Positions 52,262 to 63,933 of a DNA stretch of 64,000 bases are shown in pieces; position 1 is the first letter of the stretch, and each line of letters opens with the position of its first letter. The position numbers and the translations under genes were made by a program. Source of the DNA: Paraphysomonas bandaiensis (taxonomy: Eukaryota; Protista; Chrysophyceae); contig CBFFRP010000277.1 in assembly GCA_965644295.1 (NCBI GenBank), positions 1 through 64,000 on the forward strand, in the 5' to 3' direction. The notes beneath the pieces were generated by a model. That model saw only the letters and a program-made list of their open reading frames with translations, ran no database searches and had not been told where the DNA came from.

Positions 52262-52387
52262 GACGCACAAGCAGCTTTCGTAGCGTAGAATAGAAGGATG
52301 TCAGAGTGAAGCACTAGTTAGCTAAATTGTTGTACTGCATCAGTTTTCCTCTTACACGCCTATTGATAATAATAAGACATTCACTAC
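52262..52387 (+). mobile_element. Retro family copy 6 (126 bp, truncated inside the core), imperfect ~42-46-bp TSD
   Basis: GACGCACAAGCAGCTTTCGTAGCG...ACGCCTATTGATAATAATAAGACATTCACTAC. Flanks 52220-52261 and 52388-52433 are direct repeats. Confidence 0.8.
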
Positions 52388-52794
52388 TCACACAATGCAG
52401 CGAGGGGCGAGGGCCCTCAACGATGAAACCATCAATGTCATGGCCCTTAGGTCAAGAATAAACTGCAGCACCTGAATTTTATCTATTTGACTTCTAGTAA
52501 GTCCAGCCTTTGGAATAGGATAACATTGCAATAAAAATATTTGTCGTAATATAGTAGTGCAGTAGCTAGTTCCATTTAGTAAAATAGAGTAGAAATGTGT
52601 TCTCGACTTTGTCAAGCTATCAAATTTAATACATCATACAATGTTGTAATTCGTGAAAAGATAAAAGAAAAGGAATAATAGTACATAAAACATTCCTTAA
52701 TTTTCACTCTGGATCAATTTCTGCTTATAATAATGGTTTGTGTAAGTTCACGAATCATATTGAGCACATTTTTTACAATTTAAGTACAATAGAA

Positions 52795-52940
52795 GAATCC
52801 GCCATTTCAACAAGCGTAATATGCTTAAAAAGTTCAGAAACATTAAAGCATTTAGTTTTCACCCAGGGATAAGTAGACTCGCAGAATGCACATCCTGGCT
52901 ACTTACCATAGGATGTTGCATTAGGTCCATGTTGCAACCA
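52795..52940 (-). pseudogene. Degenerate tandem duplicate of the C-terminal Cys-rich domain of the 52950-53747 gene, downstream of its stop
   Basis: Clear similarity to 52972-53124 (GCAFCESTYPWVKTKCFNVSE vs GCTFCKSTYPRVKTNCFDVSE), with a stop and frameshifts. Confidence 0.8.
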
Positions 52941-52949
52941 AGCACAAGT

Positions 52950-53747
52950 TTACACGTCACATACAAACGAATAATCCGCCATTTCAACGCTTACAATATG
53001 CTTCAAAACTTTGGCTTCAGAAACATCAAAGCAGTTAGTTTTCACCCTGGGATAAGTGGACTTGCAGAATGTACATCCCGGTAGCTTACCACAAGATTCT
53101 TCATCAGGGGCCATGCTACAACCTATATCGGTCTGAATATCAAATTCTGTTTTCCTGTACTCACAGAAACTACCATCCACAAGAAATGGCTGAACAAGGT
53201 CGGTAGCCCGAGTTGAATTAATTTCGATCTGTAGTCCTTCCAATTGAGACGAGCACGCACCCCACACTGCACTTGTCGCATAACCATTATCGTTACCGAG
53301 TTCTTGATATGGTTTGGCGTTTAAATCCAGAGTATCTTGAAATGTGCAAGTGCACCACGCGTCGTTCTGATAATCACAACATTGCTGCACATTCTGGGGG
53401 TGATGCTTGGGACAAGCAGAAAGAATAGTCGCGGTGGCTTTCTTTCCATCCTTAGTTATACACACTTTCTGTCCGCAGGCCGTTGAGCAGGAGGGGGCGA
53501 TATAGTTGCTGCAGACAGATATGGGATCTCCCTTATAAGTGCACTTCTGTGTTGTGCTTCCATCTCCACTGCAGTGGCAGCTCGTTCCGAACAATCCCTC
53601 TGTTGGTGCTAATATATCATCAGAGTACTGTCCACATACCGAGCCGCACTCTTCTTGATTGTGACAGGTGGTAACATAGGCTCCAGAGACACCTGCTGAT
53701 ACCAGCCCGCTCATAGATGATATCAGGACGATGGCAATGGCTATCAT
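52950..53747 (-). CDS. Secreted Cys-rich protein with double-psi beta-barrel (RlpA/expansin/barwin-like) domain and small C-terminal Cys domain
   Basis: Signal peptide; CGQKVCITKDGKKATATILSACP...LDLNAKPYQELG. Confidence 0.75.
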   Translation of the reverse strand: MIAIAIVLISSMSGLVSAGVSGAYVTTCHNQEECGSVCGQYSDDILAPTEGLFGTSCHCSGDGSTTQKCTYKGDPISVCSNYIAPSCSTACGQKVCITKDGKKATATILSACPKHHPQNVQQCCDYQNDAWCTCTFQDTLDLNAKPYQELGNDNGYATSAVWGACSSQLEGLQIEINSTRATDLVQPFLVDGSFCEYRKTEFDIQTDIGCSMAPDEESCGKLPGCTFCKSTYPRVKTNCFDVSEAKVLKHIVSVEMADYSFVCDV

Positions 53748-54907
53748 CGCGTTGAGATGTGAAGAAACAGTGAGAGTGTCATATGGGTGAAGAGGGCGGC
53801 TTTGTTACAGTGATTCCAGTGCACAGAGATGGGGGTGTACAGTATACCATCGTATACACTGCTGTATATGATTTACTACACAATATCACTGCTGTGCACT
53901 GTGTATACCGTATACGGCGGTTTATACAGTACATGACTACGTATAGTGTCTTGAGGATATCGCTCATCTGCTGGATCTATGCAGGTATCCACAGCACCAC
54001 AGATCCAATGCAGTGGTTCACTGCATGTTCATTGCATCTCACTATATATGAGTATCTGATTGCTGCTTTGATACAGTGTACCTGAAAGAGGACAGAAATA
54101 GCTAACAGGCAACGTTTCTCTATTCTGTGGATACTCTATTCTCCTGAGCCCTCACTATCGAACTCAGCGTAAGGCGTGCATTCACTCATCTTGAGATTCC
54201 ATACGACACATGCCTATTCTACACTCACCGGATCATATCTCTGAGAATTATAATCATTATTACATGTTGCAAATATTTCATTTTCAAAGTAAGTAACAAA
54301 TGTATGTAGCATGTAGTATTAGTACGTCTAGTTTTGGCGTGTATATCCTTAACCATAGAGTATATACTTTAAAATTGAATAAGATACACTCTCTGCTATA
54401 TTCTGTATATTGTAGGTGGGTTCTACTAATGATAAAATGTAAATAATAATGATGCTATATCAGTGTCATCAGCAAGCCTTGTTACTTCATACTTGTTTTT
54501 ATTAAAAAGTATAAACAAATGCACTGTAATAGACTTTATATATTTAGCTTAACAGTTAGTGTGTAGCTATAAAGTAGAATTTGTACTATCAAACTAACTG
54601 GACTAGAAATCTTTCTCTCCGGTTATAGTGTGTACAGGAAGTTAACAGCAAGCTATCCATAACTCATCAGGAGGTGCACATATAGATGCTGCCGTAAATA
54701 AGCCATGAAGGGTTTATACCAGCGTATAATTACATAGCATTGTTAGCTCCCACCTATTCACTCGCTATAAAACTACATCAGCAGTACAGAAATAAAATTG
54801 ATACAATTTCACAGCATTCATAATTCATAACTACACACTAGAATAAACATTATCGGCAAGATACACCCATACATACTACTATATGTGATCCAAAAATATT
54901 CAGTTGC

Positions 54908-57093
54908 TTAAGGGACAAATCGTCGTGGAGAAAAGGGGGGCGGGAATAGCTCATTGAACACACACCTTGCATCATGTACTGGCATACCCTTAGTGATAGG
55001 TGACAAAACGTTACTCATCTGTTTAATTTTCTCCCGTCTTTGTTTTTCCACTAACTGTTTGGCAGACATCAAACTCTCTGCAGCAGAAGAAACAGATTCA
55101 GTTGCGTCTGCTTCGCCTCCCGTGAGGGTTGAACCCATGATACTGTCGTCGGACATCAAAACTGATGTTGACGGTGCAGATGCAGGGCGGCGCTGACGGG
55201 GTGAGCGAGACCGATTAAGATCAGGTAATACTGGACTACGGGCTGTGTCTGGGCGGATAAAAGTACTTCGAGACCGTGATAGACAAGTTTTGAGCTGGAA
55301 ATACTGGCCGTGAAGTCCCCTTTTAGGAGACAGCAATGCAGTGGAACTGTCTTCCTTTAAATTTAACATATGAAAAATTTCTCCAGTTGAACTATCATTT
55401 TTCGACTCCAATTCAAGTTCAAGGGTTGATTTTTTTCTACCCCGAGGAGCAGTAGTTGGACCGTTGCGCTTATACCTCGAGCCTTCTCGTGATGGAGCTC
55501 GACTTTCACTCTCGGTTCCAAATACTTCAGTACGAGAGTTTTCTTTCTTTTCAACAGGTACGAACATCAATTCATACATTGTGCCGCTACAGAACCCAGG
55601 ACAGTACAATTTCGTTCCACCGTAGAGACGCAGTACAGCGTGCGGATACAGCTGAGCACGCTTCGGCGGAAAAGTTGGGACACGACGACTGACTATTCCC
55701 TTACGCTGCTGGGTAGTCTTGTCCTCAACTTCAATCGCTTGTAGCTGGATGGGGTTATCAATCGTAAGAACACAAACCTGGTTAATACGCGCTTCCGGTA
55801 CGTCAGTTTCATCTGAATAAGAGTTTGCAACTTCGACCTCAGACAATTTCATGGTTTCTAAATTCAATTTGAGTAGAGTAGCTGGTACGAACTCATTTTT
55901 AGAGTATGAGTACATTCCAACTTCATCTGTACGGCGGCCACCAAATATATACAATTCTTTGCTATTCAATGGACTCAATGTGATGGAGTGGCCAATCAAA
56001 TTGATGCCTGCAACCCCACACCCCGGCGGAAATTCGGATGTATTATCTACTTTCATGTGGCTCCAACACATTGTCGCTAAGTTCAAGATTGATATCGAGT
56101 TTTGTCCTAACGTTTCTTGTGCCGATTCTTGTGACACAGAAGCTATAGAATAGTCATCCGAACGACCCTTCCGTTTTGATGGCTTAATTCTATCTGTAGT
56201 AAACAAAAATGATGATTAGCCTGTTATCATGAGTAGTTCAGAAGTCATGTGCAAATAGAAGCAATAATACAAGTGGTAGCATATATCACTGTTGGAAAAT
56301 TTATATGACTCATACCTCTTGTGGACTGTACAGGTCCAGCATTTTTGTTAGGCACTACGTTTCCTCCAACAACCACTAACCAATTCTCCACTACCTCAGC
56401 ACAATGACCATATACAGGATGTGGGAGAATTCCATCGCACGTCATTTCTTTCCACGTTCGGGTCGTGAGGCAATACACCCATACATCATTAGAAGCACGT
56501 TCAAAGCCCGTCTGAATATCCAAGCATGACCCTCCAAATAGGATCAAATACCCGAGTTTTGACTGATTGTCACTGTCATTCCCATTGTTGATGCCTTTTA
56601 AAGGTACATCATATTTCACATATTTCATACAGTGTCCTCTACGGGCCAATGGGCGAACTTTACGCCGAGGCATAAAAGTCCATCTACGAGTTTCGCAATC
56701 AAACTCATACATATCGTCATACAACTGTCGCATAGATAGGTATTTCACTTTTCCGTTCTCTGTTCCTCGCTCACACACACCACTATCTAATAAATTTCCT
56801 TGTCCACCAAATACAATAAATTTAGTTGGAGATACTTTAGTAAATGAATGTCCATCACGTGGAGGTGGGATTTCACTTCCTTCAATTTCGATAGCCTCCC
56901 ATTCTACATTCGACGCCGAAAAACGCCAAATGTCATTAAACTGATTGGCGCCCTTGCCTCCAAATATCCACAAGTCATTCTCAATCGTCGCACCGGCTGA
57001 GCTGCACTTAATTGACGGTATCAACATAGACCGAGAAACCACTCTTCGCCATTCCAAATAATACTCAGGCTCTTCTTCGAATGCTGGTTCCAT
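54908..57093 (-). CDS. Kelch-repeat protein with low-complexity C-terminus
   Basis: LWIFGG, PPPRDGHSF..FIVFGG, PLARRGH..LILFGG, YGHCA..VVVGG, GHSI..LYIFGG. Intron at ~56222-56313. Confidence 0.9.
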
Positions 57094-58531
57094 TGTGTCA
57101 AATCAAGCTATCAAGTGCGCAATATCGATAGCGTTACAGTGATATCTGTAGAATACACAGGCACTAACCACAGACTGATAACCCGCAATGTAACTTATTT
57201 CACGTCATTTAAAATTAACACCATGGCACAACGGTCATAATGTAACTACAATGTGCAGATGATTGACTTGGGCCTGATAATCCATTGCGATCTATAGCGC
57301 ATGTTCTGCCTATCGTACACAGCAGTATATCGTCGTTATCTATTGCACCAGCATACAGTAGCTGCAGTATTGTTCAACAGCGTACCGTATGACACTGAAA
57401 CTCTTTCAGTTTCATTTTTTGAGTGTGTGACAGTTCTACAACGTATACACTGTATACCAGTATCAATAGACAGATGCACCGTATCTTGTGGAGAGATCGA
57501 AGAGTAGCTGGTATGTCTTGATATTCATGGATATTTCCACCTTTTGACGTTCATGGGCGGATGTGGGAAAGGGAAAGTACCTAGAGCACATGTATGTACA
57601 GTAAGAATTTGTTACTGAGCATGAAAAGTTAAAAAGCAGCGTCCACACACTTTCCATCAACAGGTAAACATGTACAATCTAAACGAAGCGACTACAAATT
57701 AAAATTTGATACGAACATGAGCTCTTAGTTCGCATTTAAGTTATTGGCACGATTCACTCTTCAAAGTTATTTTCGTACATTCCTTACATGTGTACTTCGC
57801 TGCAACTTATCTCTCATGACGTTTGTCCTTTTTGTGAATGGATTACTACACCACCAACCAATGTCGAGTGCTTTGTCTCTGAATAACCATCGTTATGATG
57901 AATATAAGAAGAAGGCAGCAATTGGTCGCCACGCCTAGAATACACATACAAGACGAAGTCTTTTATATTCGAATTCATAATATATAATATACAGATGTAC
58001 AGATTGAATGAGACTTATCTCATCGCGTACTATGTGCTTGGAAGTCGGCTGTAGAATCCTGACTAAACTTTCATTTATTTATCTACTATTGGCTCTATGA
58101 TAGCAATTGCACGCATAATATACGGTATTGAACATTGAACAAGTACTTGTACAAAGATTCTTATTCTCGCGACTATATTCGCTCCAACACGATAAATTCT
58201 GATAGCAGTTTTGAATAAGTTAGTTAAGAGTAGCAAAATATTCTTTCGTATAAGGTAGATTATAACTGTTGAATTGTGACACAATTGCTGCGTATAATAA
58301 AGGTGGATCATATGTTATTAGCATCATGGGCAAATTGCATCTCAGAATTCAAACGCTATAATAGAAGACAAACTGGATAGCAGCTAGTATTATTAATTCC
58401 TGAGACAGCAAAATGTCATGGGGGCTCACATTAAATAAAAGGACGTATGTTCATTAAAATGCTGCACTTATGGCCAGTCAATATAAGAATTAATAGTGTC
58501 ATACTTCCCGGTCCAAACACACCCAACGACA

Positions 58532-58911
58532 TTAATTTGGATTTCGAAGAACCAAAATAACAGAGTCTCCTCTTAGAAACATTTTACTGATATATCTATC
58601 TTTATTCACAGGGCGCGCCTTCTTGGCACCTTTTCCTGTCTTGGGTATTTCAGTCCACATTTCTTTGACATTTTCCAGGACCATGTTACAATGTCTATCA
58701 AATGCTTTCACTCTAGCAAGCAGTTTGTGATTATTTCTGCAATTAATCAATACCTACGTTCAAGTTATTACATTGAATGAATTTAATTTTTTTCATTTAC
58801 CTGAGTGTTTTGCTTGACACTGTGCATCAGAATTGACAGTGGTCCTGTTTCAAATTCCTTTTCCTCATCTTTGTCAACCTTAACTGAGTAAAAAGATTCC
58901 TTTGCTGCCAT
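58532..58911 (-). CDS. SNRPD2: Small nuclear ribonucleoprotein Sm D2
   Basis: [22 protein letters not shown]|[33 protein letters not shown]...[15 protein letters not shown]. One intron. Confidence 0.98.
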
Positions 58912-59339
58912 TGGAGTACTGAGGCGACCGAATAGTGACAGTGGGGTCCGCTTAAAAGTAACCAGCATCACTGCAACAGACCAGCACTGACCGGTATAAA
59001 TGTCGTATACTCTGTATACAGCGGTATACTTATAGATTCGTAGGTGAACCTCCTGTGATCCCCGATTCAAATCCCTACAATGTATATAACTCCGTATGTG
59101 ACTGTATAACGTTTATGGTCTGCTGGTCGTCGAGTAATTTTTCCTTCCCATCACTCTAGAACTCCACACGACTACGTCGTACATCGAACTACATACATCC
59201 ATATGATATGATTGCACTTCATCTACAACGATCTGCACACTAGTGTTTTTATCTGTGTGTGTCTCTTGTCGCATACTTTTGTCCTGAAAAGTTTAATGTT
59301 ACATACTAGGAACCATACGTAACATACTGTCACAGAAAT

Positions 59340-61027
59340 ATGTTTGCTTGTAAAGAGATTATGCGGGCGCCTGAATTTATGAGAACATTAGTTATTGATG
59401 GTGTTGATGAGATGCGGAAGGTGTATATGGGCGGGGAGATGTGGATAGAATCTAATGAGTGGAGGTAAGCTCTTACGGATATATTCATACGATAACATGA
59501 CACGAATTAATTTATTTCAGATCGACTGATTTGGGAGATATTCTTCTACTCTCAGAAAATAAAAATGAGAAGCTTGACGTGGTGCGTACCTGTGAGCTGT
59601 TAATAATAAGGGAATAATCATATATGTATCAGGGGGTTCTAAATATTGATGTATCTGCCTATGGGCATGTTCGCGTGAAACTGTCAATCAAGAGTCCTTC
59701 AGAGAAAAATGAAATTTTAGTTGGACAGGTATTCCGTGTCTATGTGCCCAGCTTGGGTTTTGTTAGTCGCACGCGCTTGCGTCTGGAAAAATTGGAGTTC
59801 AAGATGGAGAATTATGAGGAAACAAAGTCGACACAATATATAAAAACTTCCCCAAGAGTATACAAACAGTTTGAGTTTAGTGTAAGAGATAGTGATGGAA
59901 TTATTTCACATCCAGGCTTGGACGGCGTCGAGTTTTCATTAACATTGTTGTTCGCGGACAATAAGCAACCAGTTCCTCCTACAAACCATACTTCCTCTCA
60001 AAAAACTGTAGCCGTAAAAAGAGTTAAACTTCTAAATGGGATATATATAGTTACACAACGACTCAACGAAGTTGCTGGCAATCACGACAACAGAATGTTT
60101 ATGAGCCGTATCAATATCAGAGCTTGGGGCAACAAATGGTGTTTTGAATCTGCACCATATTTTGGCAGGACGAGACAAGGACCATCTGATAAGAAAGGAC
60201 AGGAGAGGAAAAGAATGGCTCAGTTCAGAAGGGAATTGAAGGCTCACCAGTTGCAACAGATACGAAGTCAGGTGCTGGGGAAACCGGAAGAAGCTAGAGT
60301 TGACGAATCATCCGTGCAGAAGACGGCATTGGCCGATATGTATGAATCGCTTAATTCCCTTTTGGTTGTGTATCACAACTTGATGAGTTCTCCAAATCAA
60401 TTTTTATTTCTAGCTAAAATAGAGGAGGCAAAAGCTGATGTTCGAAGAGCACATGCACTTCTTGACCAAGCAGTGAACAAGTTATTTAAGTTTCCTCATT
60501 CTTTTCCTGAAACAACCGCGCCGAGTGATGATATCTGCGAAGATGATTGGGAGCGCCAAGCAGTAGCCCAGTTAGTGAAGCTGAATCAGTCTCGTAGTGA
60601 TGCAACACTTTCTGATGATGTCGACAAATCGGATGTAAGTCATGATTCTGCAGTGCAGAACCTAAAAGTACAATTTCGAACAGCCCTGCCTACTGAAAGC
60701 CGTGTTTCGTGCGACAATATTAGGCTCCCGCCCAATGATACAACCAGATTGTTATGGGGTGAGACTTGCAATGGACATCAAAAGCCAAATGCCTATCTCC
60801 TATCTCAATTTCCAGCAAATGAATCACAGGAATCGTCATCACAGGAGTCATATGTGGATTCCCAACAAGGTTCTCATACACAGAAGCGGAATCAGCCTTC
60901 TACAAATAATGATATCGCTGCGCCAATCGACAAACAGTGTGAAAATGGCCAGTTGAAGCATGTCGCGCTCAGCGACGACAAAGATCATGAGCATGATGTG
61001 AAACGTCAGCGGCTTCAGCATCAGTGA
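59340..61027 (+). CDS. Hypothetical protein, possible CudA/p53-like Ig-fold DNA-binding domain
   Basis: Two short upstream exons plus a long ORF. FSLTLLFADNKQPV...RLNEVAGNHDNRMF resembles CudA-like domains (recollection, not searched). Basic NLS-like segments. Confidence 0.6.
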
Positions 61028-61931
61028 GCCAAGACGTATCGTAGTTACTTTTTTTTTGACACATGACTGACGCACACAGTTCAATTTCAATGTGATCCAG
61101 ACCCACTATCATCTTAATGTGAAATGATGCACAACCTCTACACCTACACGGGTGTCGTCTGGAATCGCAAGCTACCATATTCTATGTGCAATAAAGTCGT
61201 TTTGTGAACAATACGAAGTTGCTCTGTTTACTGTAGTGTTATTTAATGATATATTGTATTATATGTAGTCGTGATAGCTTTTATAACGCAGAATTGTCCT
61301 AGGACGACGTGAAACCCACCTAAAAGTTACCGCAATGTTGCACTCAATGCTGTATCGAGTGTTGGTACTGTCAATGGGATAGTTTAAAGATGAAGAATTA
61401 TCAAGAGTTTATTATGAATTAGGGTTGCGATGACGCACTTCATTTTGCAGATCGTTGGATGGTATTATCTGGTGCCTTTCTGGCACATTTATCAAGTTTC
61501 ACATATTCTAATTAGGAACATAGATCGTATCTGTGAATTGACTTGTGTTTGGTGTTGGCCTTGATATTGTAGTATTCGGCGGTCCTACATGGACTGTGAA
61601 AGTGGCATCAATCATTTGTTTGGATTATAATTATGACGAGATATATGATTATCCCCATTTTGTCTCAAAAAAGTTTTTTTTTACCTGATTTTGTCTCATC
61701 ATGGCGCTCATATCAGCACCGGGCAAATATAGACATTCAACTTCAATATTCTGTTGAACAGAAGCTCACTTCTATCTTTATTGTGATAATGACAGTCGTA
61801 TGTATGTATGTGATTTCATTATAGTACACAATTATAGAGAAACCACAATCATGAGCCAACTATCAAGAGCAGATCAGCTAACACTCAAGGTTATATTCCA
61901 TCCTTCGATTGCTATAGAAGATAATAACAAG

Positions 61932-63000
61932 GTCAGTGCAAGCGATCTATCTTCATATCGGACTTCGAAACAACTTCAAGAATATTACAGGAGAGTTTAA
62001 GTGCCATATCTGATGCTGTATATAGGTGGTTAAGAGCAGTGGCATCCAGGAACCCACTAAGGAGTGGGTAGACACAGGTGCAGTTGATTCTGCTTCTATT
62101 ATTACTGGTAAACGTACCAGAAGTTCAGTTGATTATCGCTTGTAAGTATAGATAGCACTTTGTAATATATATAATAGTACTATCTATAGTATGCATGTAT
62201 TAACCGTTACATTAACCGTTACATTCTCACTTTTTGGACCTGTAACTAATATAAAATTTATTAAATGTTTCTAAAAACATGTTCTCTTTACACCTACTAC
62301 ATTATTTATTGCAAAACATATAAAGATATAAAGAACACAACTTAAATCGGCATTTTCAAAATTTCACCAGGTTTAGAGCGTTTCTGCAGGTTTGTTCATA
62401 ACATCATATTAGATGAATGCTAGAAAAAACTAATTAGACCTCTACCTGTGACTAATCAGTACACACTTTATTTATCCTACTATTTAACGCTACGGAAGCT
62501 GCTTGTGCGTCGCCGCAAGCACCAAGGTGAAACCACTTTCGCTCTCTGTCCTTAAGGCTTAAGGTGAACATCCCGGATGCTTGACTTCAGCAGGCAGCCC
62601 AATACCCCGGTCACCCTTCAGGTGGGCTCTGTCCCGGATACCCTTGAGGTGGGCCTATTCCCGGATGCCTGTTTATTCGTTAGGGCCCAAAGACGTCTAC
62701 ACAAGTGAGACACTTATTGGTGTCCCTTGTACCACACAAGCATTCGGCTATGAGTGGGCAGAAGAATATCTGCTGATTATGTTTGTGGCTCACGTTAGTG
62801 TCCCAGAGAGAGAATCTCTCCGGTACTTATCCCCCAGATCACCACGAAAAGGTTCGAGTCCGACATTGTTGAGGGGATGTCAGTGCAAACGATCTACCTT
62901 CCTAACCAGGACTTCGAAACAACTTCAAGAATATTACAGGAGAGTTTAAGTGCCATATCTGATGCTGTATATATGTGGTTAAGAGGGCAGTGACATCCAG
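61932..63000 (+). repeat. ~120-bp direct repeat pair (61932-62049 and 62879-63000)
   Basis: GTCAGTGCAA.CGATCTA.CTTC...GGACTTCGAAACAACTTCAAGAATATTACAGGAGAGTTTAAGTGCC...CATCCAG occurs twice. Confidence 0.93.
62374..62878 (-). mobile_element. Retro family copy 7 (subfamily A, ~505 bp, candidate non-autonomous element)
   Basis: Core at 62475-62542. Colinear with copy 3 and sharing its 5' end. Internal ~27-bp duplication at ~62615-62668. The 3' terminus is degenerate, so the left boundary is approximate. Confidence 0.8.
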
Positions 63001-63933
63001 TTGTTTCAGGGTTCGGGTTACATATATATTGTGCTGATGAGGATATTGTGCACCTCATATCATACACACATCATTCAATCAGGTGTACTACTAGCAGAGG
63101 TAAGCGTATTGTATATAACTGTAATGATGATACTATAATTAAAAGGCAATAAAAAGCCTTTCGCCCGACTCCACTCTTCATATTTCATATCAATCACCAC
63201 ACTTATGTACGAGTTTCAACACCTCGCAGTTGCCATATTCCCTCAGTATCCTTCTGTGATAGGAGTGCATTTGTTGTAGCTATTATAATATATATATATA
63301 AATTTGGGGGTTTATTGTTTGAGTTGAACTATAGTGCAATTGCTATTCTCAAAGCATACACAGTATACACATTAAATATGAATTCTCAATGTTAATTTTC
63401 TTTCTAAATGCTAATCAGGAAACACCTAGGCTATTTCTGCCTTCTTACAGCAAGCACGCTACTAACAGCTATACAATTTAATATTAAGTTTTCAACATCC
63501 TGAGGATATATATAAGCTACAATAATTTAACAGAGGGATAATGAGAAGCGTCCCTTCTTGTCTAAACTACAAAACTCGGGCATTTTGCCCTCGTTTCAAA
63601 ATTTCGAGCGGTGGAGGATATATATATATTATTATAGCCTTCTTATTTCCCGTGTGATTAAATATATCTATAATAATTAGTGTTCTGCATTGTTGTAGTT
63701 AAGTCGAGGTAATACCAAAACCTGGCTTTTGATGTAAAACCTGGTGAAATTTTTGATGATGGTTGGAAAAGGGTATAACTATGCACAATAAGTAACTATG
63801 AAGATAATAACAGTATGAAAAGTATTATTTACAATATTTTTTACTAATTTCTTCCATATTACTTCAGTTTTACAGCAATAAAAGTCACCGACTACACATA
63901 TATATTACATACAGTTCACAAGTATGAACTATA

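Noticed and set aside
51455-52387. DNA transposon with ~130-bp TIRs
   Set aside because: The inverted ends are two divergent copies of the retro 3' end, each with its own direct-repeat flanks.
62851-62861. Perfect Pol III B-box GGTTCGAGTCC (tRNA/SINE head)
   Set aside because: It is on the strand opposite the element, is not conserved in copy 3, and has no cloverleaf or A-box.
62356-63752. ~18-bp inverted match AAAATTTCACCAGGTTT / AAACCTGGTGAAATTTT
   Set aside because: It does not extend and has no TSD, which is insufficient to call a TIR element.
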